57,322 nucleotides of DNA from Candidatus Uhrbacteria bacterium (GTDB lineage Bacteria > Patescibacteriota > Patescibacteriia > JACQRZ01). Both the position numbers and the translations under genes were made by a program. Below are positions 28,401-38,051 of this stretch, piece by piece. The DNA lies in contig JACPMJ010000007.1 of assembly GCA_016186045.1 (NCBI GenBank), forward strand, positions 1 to 57,322, written 5' to 3'. Within the stretch, counting starts at the first letter, position 1. Every line of letters starts with the position of its first letter. The notes under the pieces were generated by a model, which was not told where the DNA came from, searched no databases, and saw nothing but the letters and a program-made list of their open reading frames with translations.

Positions 28401-31400
28401 TATAGTTACGAGCCCCTCTGCCACTGATTTTGTCGTCCCCCCTGCATTTTCATTGATCGTAAATTCCGTCACGCGATCCACTCGCATCACAGACTCCCTA
28501 TATGGCACGGCGTTTGACGTAATCACTCGCCCGATACCGGGAATTTCTGCAACAGCAGGCACAGCCACTGTAATAGGGTTTTGGGTAGTATTCTTCAGCA
28601 CCTCCTCATGTTCGCGCACACTAAACTGCGCGCAAAAATAAATGTCATCATTTGAAAAATCCTCTGATAGCCCGGAACCACCAATGGCCGCAGTAGCACT
28701 TGCAGAACTTTCTAAGGCGGCCTGTGTTTCTGTGCGATCAGACGGATACCAATTCAGGCACGCGCCCTTAAAACCGAAATTGGAAATATCACTGCGTGCG
28801 GCAACGTTCAATCCCGGAATTCCAAGAACACCAAAATACGTATCCGAAAACTTGGGATACGGCTCAAGACAGTACCCTTCTATGCCCTGATATTCATCTC
28901 CCTTTTTATTCTCATACTTGCAAGAATCTACTGAAAACTTCCTGTTTTCAAGCGTATCGGCAGAAGATGCCTTGGGGTGATATCGCACATCTGGGGCATC
29001 ACTGCGCGGCCGCACTCGGCAGGAATTAAATACTTCAATCACCGGATCCGCGGGCGACATCACAAGATTCAGACGACCCGGTATTACGGTGGATTTCTGC
29101 GGCCATCCGAACAATGACGTATGCCCGGATACGCCAGCCAAGCGCGTACTCCACCCTCCAAGAAACTGAAAATCAGGCCGTGCCATGCCGGTAAGAGAGG
29201 CAAACGGGATAGGAGTCTTGAGCGCGGCATTATGCGCTTCCTGAGTAGTTTCAGCTGTGGCTGAAGACGTAAATAATGAAGGTTCCAGCGTATTGGTCTT
29301 TTCCGGCTGGTTTATGGTGTTTGAGAATAGGGGATTTGCGCATGTGCCATCTTCTGCGCGCATATTGCATGGCACACGGCTTGTACAGAATACTTTTTGA
29401 GTGGTAGGATCGGTATAATAGAACGCACAATCCAGCCATGTCTTACAGGTGCGATCTAAGCGCACTTTGAGAAGCGTATTCGCGTCATTGGTTGACGTGC
29501 TATTTCCCGGATCTGTCAGATTTATGGGGATGCCGCGCCTGCCGCCGTTTGTATAGTCAGCATAATATGCGGAAGAACCATATTTCAGCCCTTCTACGTT
29601 CGCATCATTAAAAAGTATACACCCTCCATCCACATCCATTTTTCCATTGCACTCTCCTTTGTTTTCCGCATTCGCAAGATAGTAGTACTCGCGTTGGCAA
29701 GATACGCTTGGCGTGCCTCTGCCGTAATCATCCCGCAATGTTTCATCTGTCTTACATTCCGGATCTATAATCTTTCTACAGGTCTTCTGAGACGAGGGGC
29801 AAATCTTGGGTATGTTATTTTCCAGTATGGCATCATCATCTTCCGTGCATTCTTTCTCTGTGCACTCACCATTGCCAAAATTCTTACAGTCCGCATCCGC
29901 GGTGCACGCAACCTCAACCGTAGAGCCTGCGCATGTTTTGTAATACCATACGCCTTTTATCTTGAGTTCGGCAATCTGTGCATTCTTTTGCTCTGAGGTG
30001 AGTGTGGAATCATTTTTTATTTTATTTATATCATTGTCTGTGGGCGTGCGCCATCTACAAAGCTTTTTCCCGGGATTCTTAAAAAAGACATCTTTTTGTC
30101 CGGCAAGTAAAAACGCCTTGCATGAGACGGCATCCAAAGCGCATATTCCTTGCGCCAAATCCTGCAATCTCGCCTCCTCTGGAGTTATTTTCAGATATCG
30201 CGTGATCCAGTCTTCGGTTTTTGTGTCTATACTCAAGCTCCGAGTACTCACGGCGTCACTGATGTCCAAAGTCGGCTTGCCATACGCGGTACAGCCCGCA
30301 TCAGCCGCTTGGCAGGATTTTGTCTGGTCTTGTATGAGATACATGGATGCGGCACTCTGCGCATATGCTTTGCATCCAACCATCTCGTTCGGGCATAGCC
30401 GTTCCACATCTCGGAACACCGCTTGCGCACCCGCGCGATCCGCATACAGCTTACAGCCGATCTGATCTTTTTTTGCGGTGGTCTTGTCTGCCGGATTTGC
30501 CACGCACTCATCCGGCAGGACCCATGAGTCGTCCACGGCATATATCACACCCGATGCCTGCTTGACAATAATGGAGTCAAGTAAAACAGTGGAAAAAGCA
30601 TCAGTAAGATTCTTTGGAGTGACCGTGATGCGCACTCCGGAACCCCCCTGAACCACGGGGTGGACATTGGCTAATTTTGCAAAGGAGAATGTCAGATACC
30701 GCCATGTGTTTGCGGGCAACGTGGAGCTGGCGGAAGAGATCGTCACCGTCCGGCCGTCTGTATCTTCAAAACCCAAAATATCCATCTTCACTTTTGCCTC
30801 TTCTGTGCCAGAAACCTTTATGCTCAAGCCCGCGAGATAGGAGACATCACCCAGCAGAAGCAATCCGTTTTTTTCAAATGTGACAGGCCCGGCAACGGGT
30901 GTAACAGTGACTTTATTCTTCATCTCAAGACTGTGGTTTCCCAAGCTCTCCGACTCATTGGACGCGGTCGCGGGAAGAGAAGTTTCACCTGCGAATGCTG
31001 TCCAGCCGTCTGCGGTATTGTCTTCAAAATTACTATAGTCCACCATGACCACATTGCCCGCGGTAGGATCTCGAAACTCCCTGCATCGAGCAGACGATGA
31101 CGGACACGTCTGGCTCAAAGAAGGAGTTATTTTGTAGATGTTTCCAGCAGTTCCGTCCAACGTGCGACGGTATTCAGTGCAGTCGTCAGTAAGGTATATG
31201 AGCTTGTCCATCTGATAATATTCCGCCTCAAAACCAGCAGTATCCTTTCTGTTTACATACAATTGGCGGCAGTTTGGCGTGGTGATGTTTGGATTGGTAA
31301 ATTGATTATAATAATATGTCGCGTCATCGCCGTTATTTTTTCCGTCTCCGGTGCAGTCACACTGCTCAGTCCCAAAACACGCGGGCGCGCCACTGCTATC

Positions 31401-34400
31401 CGCCTGCACGGTGAATACATCCAAGCGGTATCCGCCCAGATTTGACCCCATGGGGCTATAAAACACCGTTACTTTGTTTGGATCTGTGGGCTTTTTTTCG
31501 CACCATCTGATTTCTTTGAAATAGTCGCGTTTTTCCGCTCCAGCGCCTGTGAGAACGTTTGTGAATTCATCACATCCCGCGTCTGACACTAAACATTGTC
31601 GGACCGTGGGCGATGTGGGAATAAACGCGGCGTTTGTGCTGTCTTGCGCCAGGCCAAGCTGGGATTGAATGCGCGTTTTTTGGATACTGTAGTCGGTCAG
31701 GCCTGCGCACGCCTCCTTGCATCCTGTTTTGGGGCCGGTGGCGGCGATAGGAAACCCTCCCACCTCCTGCGGCGTATACAGCTCGCATCCCACGTACTCC
31801 TCCGCGCAGTGTAAAGTAAACGGCTTGCACTCCTCCCTGCGATACGATGGCTTTGTAAATGGTTTGCCGGTAGTGGCATCATTGACCGTATTGTTCGCGT
31901 CATCGCATTGGTAATAATTTGGCGCGATTTTTGTGTATGTTTCCTTTTCTTTCACCCCCTGATAATCACTGAAAAACGATCCTTGCTCTATCTGTGCGCC
32001 ATAGACATATGTATCACCCGCCTGGGTATACAGATATACACGAAGTTCATCGAGAGGGCTATAATCTTTGAGTGTTGTTTTGGTAAGACTACAACGCTTC
32101 CACGTAGGACCTATGGCACACTTCTGGACTCCTTGATCTGCATCAGATCCAAGCGCAAGAGTAATGACGGAATCTTCTGAGGATTTTGCCCAGAGAGAAA
32201 ATGTAAATGTTTTTCCCGACACGCTATCCAATCCATGGCTTTTTTTATGTAAATGCACACGGTATTCTCCCCCACCACCGCCATTTTCTTTTCGGGTAAT
32301 CTTACCAACTGGCTCTTTTATACCATTTGGAGAAATTTCATTTGTTACACGTTGCCAGGTAATCGTGGGTTGATTTTCTCCATATATACACAAACTCCAG
32401 CTCTCCTCTGTACCCCCGCACCAGCCATTCTTATTTCCCATGATATCTGACTGAGGAGCAAAATTTTTAAACGTAGCGCCTTTTGGTATGACTCCCCTGC
32501 ATCCTTCCGCTTGCGCAGTGCATTCCGCGGCTTTTGGAGTGAAATACGCCTTGTTTGCGGAATCCCAGTCTTTTACTATAGAGTTTTTGGAGGTTCCGGT
32601 GGTCCTATTCGCGCCCATAAAACGTGTCGTACTATACCATGCGCATCCGGCAGTGTTTTCATTGCATGCATCGTGCTTGGGTATGCTGTCTTTCAGATAG
32701 TAGCTGACCCCTTTCGTACTCTTGTCTATAAATTCATCACAGCTTGCGTACAAGGGTTTGCACTGTGTGCCATTGAACCGCCAAATTTTTTTCTCCTCCA
32801 GACAATAGCCATACATCTTGGGAGCGCACTTCCCTTGGGCGCCGTCTTCCAGACAGGATTGCTCATCCAAACAGACCTCTGAACGGACCACGGTTCGCTC
32901 CTCATCATCCATACCGCATGTGGAGGCGGTTAAACAGACATTCTTTTCATCGTCGGATGGTTCGGCCGTCGCATTGATAGCAGATCCGTCAAGTTTTTTT
33001 GTCAGACAGCTTTTGTCGCAACATACGACGCCATCTCCGTTGGTATCGTTTTTACATATGGTCTGCTCCGTATCTTTTGTCTTTCCCTGCACCGGGCCAT
33101 ATCCCTTCACGGCGCAGTACAAGGAGGGCAGTTTCAATACCCAGTTCGGATCCACAAGCCGGAAAAACTTGCTGGATGGATCGTCAAACGCGTCTACCAT
33201 GTTTTGCAAGGTACAGCTTTTTTCGGATCCGCAGGCGTCATCATGATCTCTGATATACAACGCGGCAAATTCCCAGGAAACCGGCAGGACCCGGTATTTC
33301 CGCAAGACAACCAATGAATTATACGGATAATTCGTCTCCCAGCTGGGCTGGATGGCTTCTTCCATGGATCGCGGTTTACTTTGACTGTCAAACCCAAACA
33401 CACCATTTGGATTGAGCCCCGCATTCTCTCCTTTTTTAAACGCATCTATGGCCTCTGTCACGGTCATTTTCTGCTGGACGGCGTTTGCAAACGCGTCTCC
33501 CAGCACGCACGCGTTTGCGCTGGTATCGCATGATGATGAGCGAAGCTGGGAAAGCACATCCATGACTCCGGCATCTATGCCACTTACCCGCGTAAGCGTG
33601 GCTGTGTACTGACGCACTGCGGCGATGCCACCGCTGGACGGCCCCGCGTCGGGATTGTATACGGCGTCCATGACCGCCGCCTGAGCAGGATTTATCGCCT
33701 GAAGCGGAGCGTTCGCAATGGCCGTAACCGCGGCTTGGGCAAGATCCACTCTTTCTTCCGCTTGCCTCACCTCCTGTATCACCCGCGTAACAACGGCTTG
33801 CGCTTGCTCTACTTCTTTTTTTGCTTCTTCTGAGGGAGGAATAGCTCTCGCTCCTTCAAGTACGGCATTTGCGTTATCAAGCTTTTCTTGTGCTAAATCA
33901 AGTTTTGCTTTTTCAGCCAATAGCTTCGCCTTTGCGGCGTTGTCTTTCGCGCTTTTTTCCAACGTGTCCGCGAGTTTATTGAACTCATTGTCTTTTGACG
34001 CCGCCTGCCATTGCTTAATATTTCTCACTAATCCTTGCTTCAGGTAATTCATGCCCTTGCTCAACAGAGAGTCCACAAACGTGCCTACAATATCCGCGGC
34101 GTCTGCCACAAATTTTCCTGTCACGCCTTTTACCGGATCGGAGCTATTTTCCTGGCCCTTTTCTAGTCCACCTTTCAGCTGAGAACGCACAATATCTCCG
34201 GGCGTTTTGATATTTCCCGCCTCGTCCTCCTCCGGCTTAAACGTGAGTTTATCTATGAACTCAGCCATGGTCGCGGCGGCAACTTGTTTTTCATGCGCGT
34301 CAAAAAACGCGGTGTTCGCATTGAATGCCACGCCCACATCGCTGGATTCGGTGTCAAAAAGATCTCCAAGTGTTTTCCAGTTTGCCAAGGATTTCGGATC

Positions 34401-35204
34401 AAATGTCTTAAACTGATCATACAAGTTCCCCCAGTTTTTTGCCAGATCGTTCACATTACAGACGGGCTCTACATCCGGATCTTCCCCCAATGACCCGATG
34501 CCCAGGGAAATTTTGAAAGAGATGTTCGCGTTGGGGTTACAGAGAAATCCCAAAACAGACGCCACCTCTTCCGATGTGCCGCCCTCCTGTCCGCGACGAT
34601 CCGCTTCTGCGCGCTTTGCTTCATTTTTATTCATCTGATTCACATCACCTCGGATATTCTTCGCCTTGGCCTCAGCCGCGTCTGCTTTTTGACCATAATC
34701 TGCCGAGGCCTTTTCAAGACCGTATTGCTTAGCGCTATTTGAATCAGCTCTATAATCTGATCCTTCTTTATCAAGTTTAGCCGCATTTTTTGTCATGTCT
34801 TCCTTCTTTGATCTATTAAAACCTTTTTCAAATCCCTTTGCCATGCCTTCCAAGCCGAAACTCAAAAATTTTCCGCCAATATCTTTCATCTCCTTGTCCC
34901 ACGCCTTGGTGCTCCAGAACGGCTCCTGGCCTTTTTTTCCTGTGGCAAATTCTTGCAGTGCCGTCTCCACCATCTTATGCGCGAGACTTTTTGCCAAACT
35001 CTTTAATGTCTTATATACCGCCGTCTCAAGGCCCACAACAATCGCCTCACCGATCCATTTGCCAATGTTTCCCAAGCTGAAAATTTCCGCATTCGGTAAT
35101 TGCGCCCGCACCGGCGCTGGCCGAAACGCCATATACACGCCCGGCATCAGCATGACAGCGACAAGAAATACGATTAGTGTTTTTTTTGCATGGGAAAGGC
35201 GCAT
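25476..35204 (-). CDS. Giant (3242 aa) secreted Cys-rich surface protein with carbohydrate-binding-like beta-sandwich domains
   Basis: Signal peptide, coiled-coil segment, many CxxxxxGC repeats, and two CBM-like stretches (TFTFSLWAKS...GAQIEQG; SNFEDNTADGW...LLDSI). Domain calls are by pattern only. Confidence 0.75.
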   Translation of the reverse strand: MRLSHAKKTLIVFLVAVMLMPGVYMAFRPAPVRAQLPNAEIFSLGNIGKWIGEAIVVGLETAVYKTLKSLAKSLAHKMVETALQEFATGKKGQEPFWSTKAWDKEMKDIGGKFLSFGLEGMAKGFEKGFNRSKKEDMTKNAAKLDKEGSDYRADSNSAKQYGLEKASADYGQKADAAEAKAKNIRGDVNQMNKNEAKRAEADRRGQEGGTSEEVASVLGFLCNPNANISFKISLGIGSLGEDPDVEPVCNVNDLAKNWGNLYDQFKTFDPKSLANWKTLGDLFDTESSDVGVAFNANTAFFDAHEKQVAAATMAEFIDKLTFKPEEDEAGNIKTPGDIVRSQLKGGLEKGQENSSDPVKGVTGKFVADAADIVGTFVDSLLSKGMNYLKQGLVRNIKQWQAASKDNEFNKLADTLEKSAKDNAAKAKLLAEKAKLDLAQEKLDNANAVLEGARAIPPSEEAKKEVEQAQAVVTRVIQEVRQAEERVDLAQAAVTAIANAPLQAINPAQAAVMDAVYNPDAGPSSGGIAAVRQYTATLTRVSGIDAGVMDVLSQLRSSSCDTSANACVLGDAFANAVQQKMTVTEAIDAFKKGENAGLNPNGVFGFDSQSKPRSMEEAIQPSWETNYPYNSLVVLRKYRVLPVSWEFAALYIRDHDDACGSEKSCTLQNMVDAFDDPSSKFFRLVDPNWVLKLPSLYCAVKGYGPVQGKTKDTEQTICKNDTNGDGVVCCDKSCLTKKLDGSAINATAEPSDDEKNVCLTASTCGMDDEERTVVRSEVCLDEQSCLEDGAQGKCAPKMYGYCLEEKKIWRFNGTQCKPLYASCDEFIDKSTKGVSYYLKDSIPKHDACNENTAGCAWYSTTRFMGANRTTGTSKNSIVKDWDSANKAYFTPKAAECTAQAEGCRGVIPKGATFKNFAPQSDIMGNKNGWCGGTEESWSLCIYGENQPTITWQRVTNEISPNGIKEPVGKITRKENGGGGGEYRVHLHKKSHGLDSVSGKTFTFSLWAKSSEDSVITLALGSDADQGVQKCAIGPTWKRCSLTKTTLKDYSPLDELRVYLYTQAGDTYVYGAQIEQGSFFSDYQGVKEKETYTKIAPNYYQCDDANNTVNDATTGKPFTKPSYRREECKPFTLHCAEEYVGCELYTPQEVGGFPIAATGPKTGCKEACAGLTDYSIQKTRIQSQLGLAQDSTNAAFIPTSPTVRQCLVSDAGCDEFTNVLTGAGAEKRDYFKEIRWCEKKPTDPNKVTVFYSPMGSNLGGYRLDVFTVQADSSGAPACFGTEQCDCTGDGKNNGDDATYYYNQFTNPNITTPNCRQLYVNRKDTAGFEAEYYQMDKLIYLTDDCTEYRRTLDGTAGNIYKITPSLSQTCPSSSARCREFRDPTAGNVVMVDYSNFEDNTADGWTAFAGETSLPATASNESESLGNHSLEMKNKVTVTPVAGPVTFEKNGLLLLGDVSYLAGLSIKVSGTEEAKVKMDILGFEDTDGRTVTISSASSTLPANTWRYLTFSFAKLANVHPVVQGGSGVRITVTPKNLTDAFSTVLLDSIIVKQASGVIYAVDDSWVLPDECVANPADKTTAKKDQIGCKLYADRAGAQAVFRDVERLCPNEMVGCKAYAQSAASMYLIQDQTKSCQAADAGCTAYGKPTLDISDAVSTRSLSIDTKTEDWITRYLKITPEEARLQDLAQGICALDAVSCKAFLLAGQKDVFFKNPGKKLCRWRTPTDNDINKIKNDSTLTSEQKNAQIAELKIKGVWYYKTCAGSTVEVACTADADCKNFGNGECTEKECTEDDDAILENNIPKICPSSQKTCRKIIDPECKTDETLRDDYGRGTPSVSCQREYYYLANAENKGECNGKMDVDGGCILFNDANVEGLKYGSSAYYADYTNGGRRGIPINLTDPGNSTSTNDANTLLKVRLDRTCKTWLDCAFYYTDPTTQKVFCTSRVPCNMRAEDGTCANPLFSNTINQPEKTNTLEPSLFTSSATAETTQEAHNAALKTPIPFASLTGMARPDFQFLGGWSTRLAGVSGHTSLFGWPQKSTVIPGRLNLVMSPADPVIEVFNSCRVRPRSDAPDVRYHPKASSADTLENRKFSVDSCKYENKKGDEYQGIEGYCLEPYPKFSDTYFGVLGIPGLNVAARSDISNFGFKGACLNWYPSDRTETQAALESSASATAAIGGSGLSEDFSNDDIYFCAQFSVREHEEVLKNTTQNPITVAVPAVAEIPGIGRVITSNAVPYRESVMRVDRVTEFTINENAGGTTKSVAEGLVTITNVSGYPKTYTGDLTTKDGVPTHPSDYPARNVLAPTTDVIARIVETCDEAKDKAFGGAGPTNDGDGKCANGTQRYVELPAKKKVTTYDPSPVTAMSGVPGISEDWRTSNIPQEQPWRRVFTTTPYECKDSYPCVGGWDAAVADFYGPNTFTHKAEEGACGTGKTGGQIGGNDPPKDECDGNPGENSSGGEYKCPDDATTNAERTCQDFYHFQDYWVGSSRVCERTVECHGQTWNECKTRSTVTCGEKNTHRVDKVRTGGPGSYGDREYSNKDGDIDQSDWATGSSQTGYKVETCTSNPCADTKMQAEETVMRKDRVTTVEKKIVKNATTGKWEIVPIARVEFYQGDFSTKGGTPQGLVGLGIDPNNGKITGRLVEVYSTTAGGYRADGTSAYADPQEREDTIGYNSYGGDVIPPSTITRKGTVETEWHWDATEGRFVNNCAKNYTEVLEYNGANMGGPSCNLTPKSEIENEEATNQGVSIPIPQRGRLLGKGGYNITAKATYRDVYCARVVRVAQEKKSVPFYSIVKNVEKPDWGGAKGKQLTTMQAGATSTGPIILKRTISQWRWYGSKGSGADRFGFTINERAAARDPNGTKNHSEDETGERQTLEQYYKSRPKLYNKNAEITSDPVSDFSLPSAPVADFKLDTKKFNWDWSKWSEYTSGSNTNYNAVINTRPDREREAILVALKTANSPIKDFTDVLEARTSDNSPYSGQPKFIGDATNGWRISLDVYNSKITPPPLWDDTNATYNLFLSDFDKSILNTLAPGTTVSNFNADDFDYASHPIPFAKVYEDASSSGVPGSSGRFRATEGKTAPRWFNDAAWPVRYPGIYNKEGAADSFSWIKIGAASAPIVKIEFYVDVDNDQLPLRYVTLSSSDVNPEDSYNVFPILPVKDEGDGYKDQPPCTSSEPSETPCKNPKFALNSYTFRNSKIDGNRVCIEAMDNWSRKTKICKTLKLPIDTKQPGEFSSSDTPLH

Positions 35205-35207
35205 AGA

Positions 35208-36158
35208 TTATTGTTTCACCTCTTGATATGCTTGTTTTGCCAATGTTTTGAGTGTCGCGTCATCTATCCTTTTGAGGTCTTCTTCGGAGATCCTGCCGGT
35301 TTTACGTAAAAGGTCACGGAGTTGGTCGGGACTCATGGCATTTGGATCAAACTGCTCTTGCGCAGTAAACGGCTGGGAGGGCGCCGGCTGGACAGCCTGC
35401 GGAATAGAGGGAGTGGACTGATCCCTCGCCTCCTGCTCCTTGATGACCTTTTCGTACGTGGATTCAAATACCTGGCCGTATATATTTTTGAGAGCTGTGT
35501 CATCTACGTTTTTCAAATCTTTTTCAGACATGCCCTGACGCACCAGAAACGCGCGGATCTCCTGCGGAGACAAATTCCGCAAATCCTCAATGGTCATGGG
35601 CGTGTCAAAGCCGGGAATCGTAACCGCAGGCAGGGGAAGCTGGGCTTGTCCGCCAAGCACCGCCTGGCCTCCCAATAACCCGCCGCTCAACTTGGGAATG
35701 TTTTCCGTGCTCGTAGATGCGGAAGTGTTGAAAAGCTCGCTCTGGATATTTCCGCAGGCTCGCTTTGATTCATCGCACAGCGGATCATGGCCGGTGCGCA
35801 GTTCCGTCTTGTCATCATAGCCATCGCCATCACTATCATCCAGAAACGCGCTGGTGCGGTAAATGGTAATTTCATCAAAATCATTCAGGCCGTCCTTGTC
35901 CGTGTCGGCGTTTTTCAATACTTCGTCTGTTTTTTCTTTTTGTTCGTCTTTTGAAAGTTGTTGTACGGGAAGTGGCTTTGATCCGTCCTTGCGCGCAAAT
36001 GGATATTGTATATTTTTTGTGATTCCCTGCAAACCGAATATTGAAATGCCCGCGAATAATAATATAAACAAACCAACGAGCGGACGTTGATCCTGTTTTT
36101 TGGAACTGTGCGTTTCTTGCGCACCGCCCTCGCCTTCTGAAAAATGCTGTTCTTCCAT
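35208..36158 (-). CDS. Membrane-anchored protein with Ca-binding DxDxDG (TSP3-like) repeats
   Basis: TM helix, DTDKDGLNDFDE and DSDGDGYDDKTE...DP motifs, and a duplicated C-terminal helix (R..L...G.SE.DL...DD..L). Confidence 0.75.
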   Translation of the reverse strand: MEEQHFSEGEGGAQETHSSKKQDQRPLVGLFILLFAGISIFGLQGITKNIQYPFARKDGSKPLPVQQLSKDEQKEKTDEVLKNADTDKDGLNDFDEITIYRTSAFLDDSDGDGYDDKTELRTGHDPLCDESKRACGNIQSELFNTSASTSTENIPKLSGGLLGGQAVLGGQAQLPLPAVTIPGFDTPMTIEDLRNLSPQEIRAFLVRQGMSEKDLKNVDDTALKNIYGQVFESTYEKVIKEQEARDQSTPSIPQAVQPAPSQPFTAQEQFDPNAMSPDQLRDLLRKTGRISEEDLKRIDDATLKTLAKQAYQEVKQ

Positions 36159-36225
36159 ACTCTATATGGTCTTACATACAGTATACCGCGCTTTATGTAT
36201 GCGTAAAGTGGATAATGTCTCTCTG

Positions 36226-37269
36226 TCATTCCCGGAACACAGTCTGGGATGACAATAGAAGTTTTGTAACCTCCCGCCACTGACTCACGGAAATTTCCTG
36301 CGCTCGCGCTTTTTCTTGTACATCCGCTTTCTGAAAAGCGCTCAACACATCTGTAAGCGGGATACGAAGTTTTTTTGAGATGCTCTGCGCGCACTGTTTT
36401 CGTTTCGCGGAAAATCCCGCGCGAACGATGGAGAAAAAGAACTTGTCATTCCGAACGGTCAGTGAGGAATCCCGTCGTTCTTTATCAACATCCTTAAACT
36501 TTTGCATATCACTCTCATTTCCTCCTCTGTCATTCCCGCCATCGAGCGGGAATCCAGTATTTGACGTTTTCCTTATAGCTCTGGATCCCCGATCAGAGCC
36601 TGTCCTCAACTTGATTGGGGATCGGGGATGACAATTCTTATACTGTTTAGAATCTTTCACCACCAGCCGCACCACCGCGCTGTCCACGTTTGGCTTGGGA
36701 AAAAAAGAATTTCTCGACACGGGAAATAGGATGCGCGCCTCCGCGTAATACTGCACAGATACCGCGAGTAGACTCATCTGTGGCGGTGATGCGGCGATGC
36801 GCTGTGCGACTTCTTTCTGCATAAGCAGTATCAATTCTTTGGGCCGTGGCGTATTTTCCAAAAACTTTCGTATGATCTGCGAGGTGATATGATACGGAAT
36901 ATTCGCAATCACGCGATATGCGCCGTCTTTTTTACCAAATATCGTATTTGGGATCGCGCGGATGTCGTCTTTCAGAAGTGTGATATTGTCATTCTCGTCT
37001 CCCCCTTTGTCATTCCCGCGAAAGCGGGAATCCAGTATCCAAAAAAGATGCGCATCTATCTCCACGGCAACCACTTTTTTCGCGCGAACAGCAAGCTCTG
37101 CCGTGAGCTCCCCGCTTCCGCTCCCGATCTCCACAATCGTATCCGTTTTTTTTATACCCGCCGCCTCAACTATTTTTCGTATGATATTTGTATCTATCAA
37201 AAAATTTTGTCCGCGCCGGTGCAGAGGCCGGACTCCTGATTCACGCAAAAATTGCATGGGGGTAGGCAT
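36226..37269 (-). CDS. rsmA: 16S rRNA m6,2A dimethyltransferase RsmA/KsgA with in-frame palindromic insertions
   Basis: GQNFL, VEIGSGSG, VEID, NIPY, QKEVA, F.PKPNVDS, F.AKRK, RAQE. Extra segments are encoded by REP-like repeats. Confidence 0.92.
   Translation of the reverse strand: MPTPMQFLRESGVRPLHRRGQNFLIDTNIIRKIVEAAGIKKTDTIVEIGSGSGELTAELAVRAKKVVAVEIDAHLFWILDSRFRGNDKGGDENDNITLLKDDIRAIPNTIFGKKDGAYRVIANIPYHITSQIIRKFLENTPRPKELILLMQKEVAQRIAASPPQMSLLAVSVQYYAEARILFPVSRNSFFPKPNVDSAVVRLVVKDSKQYKNCHPRSPIKLRTGSDRGSRAIRKTSNTGFPLDGGNDRGGNESDMQKFKDVDKERRDSSLTVRNDKFFFSIVRAGFSAKRKQCAQSISKKLRIPLTDVLSAFQKADVQEKARAQEISVSQWREVTKLLLSSQTVFRE
36444..36633. repeat. In-frame compound REP-like insertion in rsmA
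   Basis: Three tgtcatt/atgaca palindromic units. 36571-36633 is the reverse complement of the unit at 53144-53196. Confidence 0.8.
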
Positions 37270-37328
37270 ATATTGACGTACTATCTTTATTTGTGTTATA
37301 CTCCCCTGTGTAGGAGTAATCCTACTAA

Positions 37329-38045
37329 TCACGCGGTCCCGCTCAAAGCGGGATTTTCGCTTTTCATATAGATTCTTTTACCTGTATAGAACTTCCCAAA
37401 ATCTATATATTTATCTTTAACGGCATGCAATTCTCCTGCCACCTTTCCACGCACACCGACGATACTGATTTTTTTACCTTTTATCTTCAGTCGTTCCAAC
37501 GGCGCCAATAAATCCGAGTCGCCAGAAAACAATATGATTCCCGTCACTTTTTCCATGTCATCAAGTATGTCCATAGTCATCTCAACGTCAAAATTACATT
37601 TTGGTTCTTTGATTATTATGCCTGACTTATTAAGCTCATCCATTAGTTCATAAATTTTTTTCTTAACACCACTATCAAACAGGGTCATTGTTCGTCGTTG
37701 AAAAAATAGACCCTCATTAATATTTTTTGAGATAAACTTCATTGATTTCGTCTTTAAAATTGCGCCTGTCATTTTGATACGCCTATGAAATGCTTCTGAA
37801 TTTTTTTGATCTCTTTCATTCAGACCATAATAAACTTTAATTTCTTTTATATTTGAGAAACTAAAAAGCTGTTTTATAACATCTTCCATGCGAAATCTCC
37901 ACCCCAAAACATCCTGCCAATGAAACATATTCGTTAAATCCAAATATGCGAAAATGGATGTTTCTTTAGATATCCATTCTAAATAATCTTTCCTAACTAT
38001 GGATGTATTAAAAATTTTTTGAGGAATATCCATATTTCTTATCAC
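37329..38045 (-). CDS. NYN-domain (LabA/DUF88) putative RNase
   Basis: YLDLTN, KCNFDVEM..D and LFSGDSD motifs. AT-rich relative to its neighbours. Confidence 0.85.
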   Translation of the reverse strand: MIRNMDIPQKIFNTSIVRKDYLEWISKETSIFAYLDLTNMFHWQDVLGWRFRMEDVIKQLFSFSNIKEIKVYYGLNERDQKNSEAFHRRIKMTGAILKTKSMKFISKNINEGLFFQRRTMTLFDSGVKKKIYELMDELNKSGIIIKEPKCNFDVEMTMDILDDMEKVTGIILFSGDSDLLAPLERLKIKGKKISIVGVRGKVAGELHAVKDKYIDFGKFYTGKRIYMKSENPALSGTA

Positions 38046-38051
38046 TGCTCT

